The notes under the pieces were generated by a model, which worked only from the letters and a program-made list of their open reading frames with translations, was not told where the DNA came from and did not search any database. A stretch of DNA of 27,408 bases, from contig JANMPT010000065.1 in NCBI GenBank assembly GCA_031370005.1, positions 1-27,408 on the forward strand, in the 5' to 3' direction. Numbering within the stretch: the first letter of the stretch is position 1; each line of letters opens with the position of its first letter. Shown piece after piece: positions 8,434 through 15,652 of the stretch. The position numbers were made by a program, and so were the translations under genes. The stretch comes from Bdellovibrionales bacterium (lineage in GTDB: Bacteria; Bdellovibrionota; Bdellovibrionia; Bdellovibrionales; Bdellovibrionaceae).

Positions 8434-9669
8434 CTAAAATAGCTGCACCGCATGCTTTAGCCAACTATCTTCGCCATTCTGCAGCTCTTCTAAATGGTAA
8501 TAAAGGACCTTATCCACCTGGACCCCTGGACCTTCGATCTTATGCCCACGACGGGTTTGATAGACTGCTTCCGGAATCGAAATCTTCACACCCACAGAGA
8601 GCTCAGGAACTGGATACCATACACCTACTAAAAGTTGCCCAGCACTAGCAGATCCGAAGATCTTTGCGTCAATATAATCTTTCAGAGCCTGGGCTACCAT
8701 TTCAGCCGTAGAGGCGCTTCCAGAATCCACAAGAACCGCAACAGACGCAGTTAAACAATCATAGTCTTCAAAAGTTAAAAGTCTGACCAGAAAGGCTTTA
8801 TCAAGAATATCCACCTGATGCTCATCATTGAGCTCATCTGGAAATGACATTTCTTTTTTTAGTTTTGATTTCGGCTTCCATAAATAACCAATATCTTGCG
8901 ATCCGCACATAAACGGCGAAAGAAATCTGAGCCCCGCCACAAAGTTGCCGCCGATATTTCCACGCAGATCGATAATAATTTTTTGATATTTTTTAAGTTC
9001 TGAAATTTGCGATCGCCATTTGTTTTTTTCAAAAAACTCAGCACGAAATGAGGGCACCTTTAAAGTTGCAGTTCTCGTTGAAACACGCACGACTTGTGGA
9101 TCCTCTTCTCGCTTAATGCTCTTGGCTTGAATTTTATATTCCGTGATTTTTTTATTGCGCTCAATAAGATAATTTCCAGAGTCCTTTTCAGCCATTTCTG
9201 GGGTTCCAAGATCCTCATTAATACGATAGATGATGTCACCCATTCGCAAACCTGCAAACTCCGCCGGAGAATTGCGGTGAACTTTTAAAATTACTAACTC
9301 CCCATCCACATACTGGGACTCAATGCCAGTTTCTTGGCTTTCGCCACTCCAAACTTTTCTGGATTCTTCTGCATTGTAGATCTGCAAATGCGAAGTATGT
9401 AAAAGGGAAAACTGTTCGTTGAGATCATCAATAATGTCTGGCACAGGTGTACTTTTTCGAACTAACACTGAACGTTGCAAACAGGACTTGTCCCAAGTCT
9501 TCATTTGTTCATCACTGAGATAAATATGATCAGTTACGAAATTACAAATTTGGCCATAGGTGTTTATCCTGCGAGTTTGCCTTGTAATCGCAAACCCTAG
9601 ACCCAAGCAGAGTATAAAAAGTAAAAAGCCAGGAGTCCACCCTAGCTTTTTGAAGAAGTTGAGCTTCAT
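8434..9669 (-). CDS. S41-family peptidase with a PDZ-like domain and N-terminal anchor
   Basis: IIDLRGNIGG, VLVDSGSASTAE (nucleophilic Ser), IEGPGVQVD, and PDZ-like SPAEFAGLRMGDII. Starts 12 bp after the Fis-like gene stop. Confidence 0.9.
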   Translation of the reverse strand: MKLNFFKKLGWTPGFLLFILCLGLGFAITRQTRRINTYGQICNFVTDHIYLSDEQMKTWDKSCLQRSVLVRKSTPVPDIIDDLNEQFSLLHTSHLQIYNAEESRKVWSGESQETGIESQYVDGELVILKVHRNSPAEFAGLRMGDIIYRINEDLGTPEMAEKDSGNYLIERNKKITEYKIQAKSIKREEDPQVVRVSTRTATLKVPSFRAEFFEKNKWRSQISELKKYQKIIIDLRGNIGGNFVAGLRFLSPFMCGSQDIGYLWKPKSKLKKEMSFPDELNDEHQVDILDKAFLVRLLTFEDYDCLTASVAVLVDSGSASTAEMVAQALKDYIDAKIFGSASAGQLLVGVWYPVPELSVGVKISIPEAVYQTRRGHKIEGPGVQVDKVLYYHLEELQNGEDSWLKHAVQLF

Positions 9670-9681
9670 CAGTTAATGCAA

Positions 9682-10122
9682 TTAAGCTGCGCGCTTCTTA
9701 CGAGCTTGTGATGGATCAATATGATATTGTTTTACTTTACGATAAAGTGTTGCGCGGCCAATACCCAATGCTCTTGCTGCTTCAGTCAAATTGCCTTTGT
9801 ACTGGATAATTGCGTTCTCAATTGCATGCGCCTCAAGATCATCCATTTTTTGAATTTTGCTATCCATAGTATTATTGGAACTAGAACTTGGGAAAGGCAA
9901 TACGTTGCCGACGCTGGTTTCACCACTTACTGAGTTAAAACCAAAAGATAAAGCGGGGATCCCAGCCATTAACTGCTGGCGGAAGAACGGAGACTCCATT
10001 CCCTCTCTCCATTGAGTTGGCGAATAAACCTGGAAAGCCACATCCTGGCGCTCCCATTGCTTCTTGGCATTGTCTACAGCCTCAGCATTGTCACTCACCA
10101 TTATCATAATTGTACGAGACAT
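9682..10122 (-). CDS. Stand-alone Fis-type (HTH_8) DNA-binding protein
   Basis: C-terminal LEAHAIENAIIQYKGNLTEAARALGIGRATLYRKVKQY is an NtrC/Fis HTH; there is no AAA+ domain. Preferred start ATG 10122 with GGAGG RBS (146 aa). Ends in KKRAA. Confidence 0.88.
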   Translation of the reverse strand: MSRTIMIMVSDNAEAVDNAKKQWERQDVAFQVYSPTQWREGMESPFFRQQLMAGIPALSFGFNSVSGETSVGNVLPFPSSSSNNTMDSKIQKMDDLEAHAIENAIIQYKGNLTEAARALGIGRATLYRKVKQYHIDPSQARKKRAA

Positions 10123-10174
10123 CTCATCCTCCCCTATTGATACGTTAAACGTTCGTGTTTGAATCACTCTTATC

Positions 10175-10201
10175 GTATCGGCGTTTCATCGTGAGAATTT
10201 A
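10175..10201 (-). promoter_or_regulatory. sigma28 (FliA) promoter for the Fis-like/S41 operon
   Basis: Minus strand TAAA (10201-10198), N15, GCCGATAC (10182-10175); near-perfect match to TAAA-N15-GCCGATAA. Confidence 0.8.
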
Positions 10202-10278
10202 AGGGCCTTAACAAAAATATTTTGAGACACTTTAAATCGTGAGAAAGACATCGGAATCCAAGTGTCTCATATTGGGAC
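10183..10278. promoter_or_regulatory. Cluster of four 15-bp palindromic motif copies
   Basis: GTTTCA-TCG-TGAGAA (10183-10197), AAAATA-TTT-TGAGAC (10214-10228), TTTAAA-TCG-TGAGAA (10231-10245), GTCTCA-TAT-TGGGAC (10264-10278). Confidence 0.6.
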
Positions 10279-10324
10279 TTGCTTTATAAAAAAGATGACT
10301 TGGACTCTAGTCCAGCAAAGGAGC

Positions 10325-11728
10325 CTAGTTACAGCCCGTTTGTTTTGCGAGCAAAGCCATCTGACGGCAACGTGGTTGTGCTGTTGAACACTTCAAGCGT
10401 AGATGAAAATGGTCTCGGTGGTGAACCTCAGGGCGCATCACACGAAGAGCCTCGAAGGCGGAGCCCTGTGTCTCGTCTGGTTTTAATTCACCTTTTTTTA
10501 TGGCAACACTACAAAGTTCTTTTTTAAGAGTCGGATGGATAAAGATACGGTCCACATTGCCTTGACTCACAAGCACTTTAAACATTTCAAACTGCTCATC
10601 GGCCATAAAACTTGGAATTGGCCCTGAAGACGCCACGGCATCGATCAAACCTTTTTGTTTTTCATTTGCATTAAAGTAATATGCGATGTCTGCATCAAGA
10701 CCCATCTGATGTGAAGAGTGACGACCCAAGGGTCCGCCCTTTTTCGCTGAGATATCTCCGATACTCAAAACGTAGCCCTTCAATTTATCCTGACTATAGC
10801 GACCCATATTGGCCAATACCGCCAACATATCATCGGTCCCGTAGTAATTTTGCCTTTTCGGATAGATAATATGAAAGCCAGCCCTCGGGTTTGCCTCCTC
10901 ATAACTCAAAATATTTGCTGGATTTTCTAAATGCCCTCTCACAAAATTATTCTTACCAAGGGACGTGACGGCCTGACCAAGACCCTTCAGCACAATCTTG
11001 ACAATACTCGATCCCCCCGCATTTTTAGACGGCGGAGGATTTGGTCTTTTTTCGTCAGGTGTGGACTTCTTGTCGGTCAGGTTTGGGAATAAAACTTCAA
11101 GGTCTTTTTGCGGCTCACCCACGTAGGCTCCCGCTTCATTATCCTCGTCAATATCATGTTCAAATCGAGCACCGTCTTCCTCCACTTTTGGAGTTTTGAG
11201 CGTCGATGGAGCAGATTTCTCAATATCTGCAGCATGATGAACTTCATTTCCTTTGGCCTCGACCTGATGGTGATAAATAATTCCCTTATAATTAATATAG
11301 ATATCTATGAAAGACTCTGAGCAGTCGGTGTACAGACAGGTTAACTTCGCGCCTACCCGTAAACCCATGCCATCCATCTGCGCCTGGTTGGTGGCATTCA
11401 TATATGAGGTATAGTCTTCAGAACCGATAGTTCCCGAAACATCAAAAGGAACACTCACCGATGAGCCACTAGCGGGCTGGAAAGTGACGGTTCCCTTCAA
11501 TGTCGCCCCTGCCTTCGGGCCATTGATATTTAGCTTTAGATTAGATATTTGCGAGGCCCCATCAACGACTTGATGAGCGCCAATCAGTTTTTGAATTAGA
11601 GTTGGCGGAGAATAAGTCGTAATCGCCGGAGCCTCATTCACAGTAGCCAGTGGCTCTTGAAAACCGTTCTGGGCACAGGCACTTAGCAAGAGCACTAAGA
11701 ATGGCAGTAGTATGAGTCGACGTTCCAT
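10325..11728 (-). CDS. Lipoprotein with a C-terminal MepA-like (penicillin-insensitive murein endopeptidase) domain
   Basis: Start ATG 11728 (GGAG RBS) gives MERRLILLPFLVLLLSA-C (lipobox). Zn motifs GDIS...GRHSSHQMGLDADI and HRDHFHLRLKC match the LAS/MepA family. An acidic, Pro-rich linker precedes the catalytic domain. Confidence 0.88.
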   Translation of the reverse strand: MERRLILLPFLVLLLSACAQNGFQEPLATVNEAPAITTYSPPTLIQKLIGAHQVVDGASQISNLKLNINGPKAGATLKGTVTFQPASGSSVSVPFDVSGTIGSEDYTSYMNATNQAQMDGMGLRVGAKLTCLYTDCSESFIDIYINYKGIIYHHQVEAKGNEVHHAADIEKSAPSTLKTPKVEEDGARFEHDIDEDNEAGAYVGEPQKDLEVLFPNLTDKKSTPDEKRPNPPPSKNAGGSSIVKIVLKGLGQAVTSLGKNNFVRGHLENPANILSYEEANPRAGFHIIYPKRQNYYGTDDMLAVLANMGRYSQDKLKGYVLSIGDISAKKGGPLGRHSSHQMGLDADIAYYFNANEKQKGLIDAVASSGPIPSFMADEQFEMFKVLVSQGNVDRIFIHPTLKKELCSVAIKKGELKPDETQGSAFEALRVMRPEVHHRDHFHLRLKCSTAQPRCRQMALLAKQTGCN

Positions 11729-11754
11729 AGAGTTCTCCACGGCTTTCTTAAATA

Positions 11755-11771
11755 AGCACGAGTTGTGCCAA
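11755..11771 (-). promoter_or_regulatory. sigma54 -24/-12 promoter for the MepA-like lipoprotein
   Basis: Minus strand TTGGCACAACTCGTGCT (TGGCAC, GG-N10-GC). Predicted +1 near 11744, just upstream of the RBS. Confidence 0.7.
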
Positions 11772-11899
11772 ATCAAGCTAAGTTTTAGAGCAACAGAAAC
11801 CGATTCTGCTCACCTCTACGTGACGAACTATTTTATAGTATGTGACTTTCTTCGCCATCGGTTTTTGGGTATCGATTTTTCAGAAAGGGGGTATTTAAT

Positions 11900-12385
11900 T
11901 TATAATTTGTTCACTTCATTGATGACCCGAGGAACTTCGTCAAGATGGTTCTTGCCATACATGATGTACTCAACGGCCTTCTTTTGACTCAATCGTCCTA
12001 AAGACATTTTTTCACAGAGAAGAGGCTCCAATGGATCTGTGATAGCATAAATGCTCTTGTGTTGTGGCCAAAGATTTTTTTCATCATTAGCACCACCCAT
12101 ACAAAGTGGAATATAATGATCTATTTTAAAATCCATTCTTTGCATCTGCCCTGTACGAAAACCCAGCTGATCATACTTTACAAAAAGAGCTCGCTTAAGG
12201 TCTGAAGACACATCTCTTTCACAGTAAGGAATCCGCTCTGGATAGCGATAGCTATTTGGATGCTCACAAAGCGCCCCAGGAGTCAGCACAGCATCAGGAC
12301 CTTTTGGAAAGCTCCCTGAAGCTGAGTATGCAAATGTGTTGATTGATATAACGGACAATATAATGGCTACGTATAGCTTGAGCAA
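11900..12385 (-). CDS. Secreted HNH-type endonuclease
   Basis: KIDHYIPLCMGGANDEKNLWPQ is an HNH core. Preferred start TTG 12385 (GGAGG just upstream) gives a signal peptide MLKLYVAIILSVISINTFAYSA. Confidence 0.8.
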   Translation of the reverse strand: MLKLYVAIILSVISINTFAYSASGSFPKGPDAVLTPGALCEHPNSYRYPERIPYCERDVSSDLKRALFVKYDQLGFRTGQMQRMDFKIDHYIPLCMGGANDEKNLWPQHKSIYAITDPLEPLLCEKMSLGRLSQKKAVEYIMYGKNHLDEVPRVINEVNKL

Positions 12386-12557
12386 GGTGCCCTCCAAATA
12401 GTCCGCCATTAAGGTGGCGGGTAGAAACGTCGGACCAATCTCCGACTTATATTTGCGTTCGGACACACTGCTAACAATCGTCTATAGCCTTGGCAACATA
12501 AATTCCAAGCGCTTGACGCAACACAATGAGCTGATTAAAAACTTCTTCTAAACTCGC

Positions 12558-12959
12558 TTACTTGCTCATTTTTCCCTGAATGGATTTTTTCTTTTCGAGC
12601 TCTTGGCTACAGGCAGATGAAAGCTCTGCTTTATGAGACTTCATACATTTGATAATACGACCGCCGCCCTTTTCAACATCCTTACAAAACTTCTCCATAT
12701 CAGCGTGGCAGGCTTGATGAACCTCTTTCATCACTTCTTTTACTTCACTCATGTGAGTTGAGCATTCCGAAGTCAGTTTTTCCTTATTTTGTTTCAAACA
12801 CTTTACAATGGCACCATGCCCGCCATGAACTTCAGCGCAGAGAGTTTCCATATCTTTTGCGCAGGGACCCTGCTTATGGCCGCCCATATCATCATTGTTG
12901 GCAGATGCCATGAGAGAAAAACCGAGTACGAATGCTAAGATGCTAATAAATTTTGACAT
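12558..12959 (-). CDS. Secreted cysteine-rich repeat protein (GLG1/Cys_rich_FGFR-like, two repeats)
   Basis: Start ATG 12959 (AAGGAGG RBS), signal peptide, and two C-xx-D-xxxx-C...G-xx-I-x-KC...L-xxx-C units. Confidence 0.85.
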   Translation of the reverse strand: MSKFISILAFVLGFSLMASANNDDMGGHKQGPCAKDMETLCAEVHGGHGAIVKCLKQNKEKLTSECSTHMSEVKEVMKEVHQACHADMEKFCKDVEKGGGRIIKCMKSHKAELSSACSQELEKKKSIQGKMSK

Positions 12960-13012
12960 TGAGATCCTCCTTGAATCATCTAGATCTGAATTTAACATGA
13001 TTGGGACTACTG

Positions 13013-13774
13013 TCAAAAGATTCGACAAGACCTAGAATAGGTTTTATTAAGCAAGGCCTGGGCTCGAATCGCACTGGGGTCATCAGAGCTATCCTTCGTC
13101 ACATCAAAACCTAGGACAGCGCTGGTCGCAGAATTTAAATCTGCCGCCTGATTTGAAAGCCCCCGCGCCCTCATATATTCTAACTGTTGGGCGGCAACGC
13201 AATCGGCTTGAAGTTCCATAGCTAGACCACCTGTGTAGATGAGGTCCTGAATGGATTCAACGAGCGCCTTCCCTTTTGGCCAATGGCCTGTCTTCACAGA
13301 ATTATAAATGGTCTTTAACTGATAAACCGTGGCCTCTAAGGGAAGCGGTGCTTTTTGCAAATTATGAGCTTTTTCTGAATGAGCCAACTCATGAGCAATG
13401 ACGGCGGTCAGTTGATTTGGGGATAGTAAATCAATCATACTTTTCGTAAGAAAAATATTAGCTCCAAAAGAAAAACCATTGGGCTCCCCGATCACTCCCT
13501 GAATTACGACAATAGCAACTTTGTCATAAGTGTATTTAAATGCGGAGTATTGATAGATCTTCTGAAGGGATGCTTGTGCCTTAGCCTGCGCTGCGGGAGC
13601 CTCAAGCACATCATATTGGTGATAGCCTACTTCGCTTGCTGCCATTAATATACCTCGCACGAATTGTCCCAAATAATAATCAGGCATCACATATTGCAGG
13701 GCAGAGGCTTGTACCTGAACAGCAAAAAATAAAACCCCAACTAAATTTAAAAGTAAATATCGGCCGTGACCCAT
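13013..13774 (-). CDS. Secreted M48-family zinc metallopeptidase
   Basis: PNGFSFG, AVIAHELAH (HExxH) and ELQAD third ligand. Start ATG 13774 with GGAGG RBS and a signal peptide ending VQA. Confidence 0.85.
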   Translation of the reverse strand: MGHGRYLLLNLVGVLFFAVQVQASALQYVMPDYYLGQFVRGILMAASEVGYHQYDVLEAPAAQAKAQASLQKIYQYSAFKYTYDKVAIVVIQGVIGEPNGFSFGANIFLTKSMIDLLSPNQLTAVIAHELAHSEKAHNLQKAPLPLEATVYQLKTIYNSVKTGHWPKGKALVESIQDLIYTGGLAMELQADCVAAQQLEYMRARGLSNQAADLNSATSAVLGFDVTKDSSDDPSAIRAQALLNKTYSRSCRIF

Positions 13775-13837
13775 GTGGACCTCCAACTCATAATGGTCTT
13801 CAATTTTAGTGCCAGAGAAAAGTTCCTCACCCAAGGG

Positions 13838-13871
13838 CAAGTGTCATTTTATGCCATCAAAATGCTACTTG
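13838..13871. promoter_or_regulatory. Imperfect inverted repeat between divergent genes (candidate operator)
   Basis: CAAGTGTCATTTT-N8-AAAATGCTACTTG, with 11 of 13 positions complementary. Confidence 0.4.
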
Positions 13872-13953
13872 GCCTTATCCATCGACAATTCAATACGGTA
13901 AAAACGAACTGTATTGATTCTCGCGGGGTATGGATATTGCTGTAGGAATCTAC

Positions 13954-14724
13954 ATGAATTACTCTCGCGTTAAAACTCTAGGTGTGATACTTGTTTTTTG
14001 TCTGTCGTCTATCCAAGCTTCGGCATGGGCCGCGCCCTGCGATCCGCTCTATTTTAAACATTTTCAGAATGAAATTGCCCTAACCAAAGGACAGGCCGAA
14101 TCAAGTGCATATTTAACCAGGCAATTTCACGACATGGCCCAGGACGCAGCTCGAGACAAGAAAATCTCTTCAGGAATCGCAGTAATCTCTGGATTGCTTA
14201 TGGCTTATGCCAATATGACATACACCCGTGCCATTTTAGGAAAAACCGCTGCGGCCACACGTACTTCAAAGGCTTTAGCTTTACCAATAGTTACTCAGAT
14301 TGAATCCGCAGCACAAATATCAAAAGTTTTTGCTCAACCCTTAACTGCCCTCGGGTTGAATGGCTTAAATGCACTATCGGGTCTGGTTAAAATTTCCCTT
14401 ATTTCTTCTGACAAAGTATACATCATTTCTAAAGGCATAGTTAATTTCGCAACAAAAGATGGAACAATTGAGATCAATGTTAACGACATTGCCCAAGCTG
14501 AGGGAGCCTACTCTGAAGCAATTCTGAGAGTTGAAAAATTCAGAGAAACATATGTTGACCAAGCCCCTGGACGACTTGAAAATGGCCTGTCCTTTGGTGC
14601 AAAGGCTGCGGAGTTTACAAAAAATCTTGAACGAATCTCTAGTTATGAGACGCGACTCTATAATGATTTAGCCACTATGAAACAAGCCCGCTATCTCATC
14701 GAAGAAAGCTCTTGCGCAGAATAA
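13954..14724 (+). CDS. Hypothetical secreted helical protein
   Basis: Preferred start ATG 13954 (AGGA RBS); signal peptide ending ASAWA; no family recognised. Confidence 0.75.
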   Translation: MNYSRVKTLGVILVFCLSSIQASAWAAPCDPLYFKHFQNEIALTKGQAESSAYLTRQFHDMAQDAARDKKISSGIAVISGLLMAYANMTYTRAILGKTAAATRTSKALALPIVTQIESAAQISKVFAQPLTALGLNGLNALSGLVKISLISSDKVYIISKGIVNFATKDGTIEINVNDIAQAEGAYSEAILRVEKFRETYVDQAPGRLENGLSFGAKAAEFTKNLERISSYETRLYNDLATMKQARYLIEESSCAE

Positions 14725-14728
14725 TTTA

Positions 14729-15574
14729 CTAAATATCGAAAACGGATTTAATATTTTTCGGTCGCCCATTGCTGGGCTCATTTTTAGAAAGACGAAACTT
14801 TCTAGGTGTGGCGCGAATTTCGCGACGAAATAGATGATGAAAGTGACTTTGGTCAGAAAACCCAACCGCCTGACATATATCTGATATTTTTTCACCACTC
14901 ATTAAAATATCAACCATGGCTTGAAGCAAACGCACTTTGTTGCGGTACTGACTCGGCGGCAGGCCAAATTCATTTTTAAAGTGCCGCGTAAGTGCCTCGT
15001 GACTAACTCCGAGCTCATGAGAATAAATTTTAATGGATTTTTGGCTTTGAAATTCCGTATCCAAAATTTCTTTAAGTTTTCTAGCCTGAAGATTTTTACC
15101 GGAAGTAGCTAGTGAAAATGACTCTTTACAACCTAAAACAAGCTCGGTCATTTCAGTGACTGTATTAGGCCAAGAAAACTCACCGAGTGAAAGTAACGCC
15201 GGCTCATGAGGTAGGTTGCTTGGCATTGGAAGAGTTGAAAGATAGGAAAACCATTCAAGATTTCCAGTGCCCAGTCGCCAATGAACAAGAGAGTGGGGAG
15301 GAATCCAAACAGCTTTTAACCCGACAATTGGCACCCAGTCTTGCCCTTTTCGAATAAAAACCTGCCCCGGCCTAAGTTCTGCAATAGCTAATCCCCAGAA
15401 TTGACCAAAGGTATCAATTTCCTGCTTGGTTTTAAAAACCTCTTGGCGACGTCGAAAAAAGTAAAACTTATCCCCCAGAACAAAATATTCGTTTGTATAA
15501 GTATCTGCATGAAGTTTTGAGGGTAAAACCAGCTCCATTGTATGGAAGATAGACAAAGACAACCTCTGAGTCAC
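14729..15574 (-). CDS. AraC-family transcriptional regulator
   Basis: C-terminal LGVSHEALTRHFKNEFGLPPSQY...ISDICQAVGFSDQSHFHHLFRREIRATPRKFR. Start uncertain (GTG 15574 or ATG 15538). Confidence 0.9.
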   Translation of the reverse strand: MTQRLSLSIFHTMELVLPSKLHADTYTNEYFVLGDKFYFFRRRQEVFKTKQEIDTFGQFWGLAIAELRPGQVFIRKGQDWVPIVGLKAVWIPPHSLVHWRLGTGNLEWFSYLSTLPMPSNLPHEPALLSLGEFSWPNTVTEMTELVLGCKESFSLATSGKNLQARKLKEILDTEFQSQKSIKIYSHELGVSHEALTRHFKNEFGLPPSQYRNKVRLLQAMVDILMSGEKISDICQAVGFSDQSHFHHLFRREIRATPRKFRLSKNEPSNGRPKNIKSVFDI

Positions 15575-15652
15575 TAAGTGAGTGTATTTTTAGTCAAATT
15601 CACCCAATTTTTTTTGATCCAAGAATCCGAACTTATGATTAGGAGAAATTCA

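Noticed and set aside
10279..10527. 82-aa + strand ORF
   Set aside because: It is mostly antisense to the MepA-like catalytic domain, has a TTG start and no SD.
11855..11881. Possible second (sigma28) promoter GAAA-N15-ACCGATGG for the MepA-like gene
   Set aside because: Too many mismatches; the ATCG(G/A)TTTTT repeats could equally be enhancer sites or chance.
10123..15652. Longest-ORF starts at 10167, 11776, 12466, 13028, 13840, 13930 and 15578 (also 8272)
   Set aside because: Downstream starts have clear SD sequences and, for exported proteins, restore N-terminal signal peptides; some extensions run through predicted promoters.
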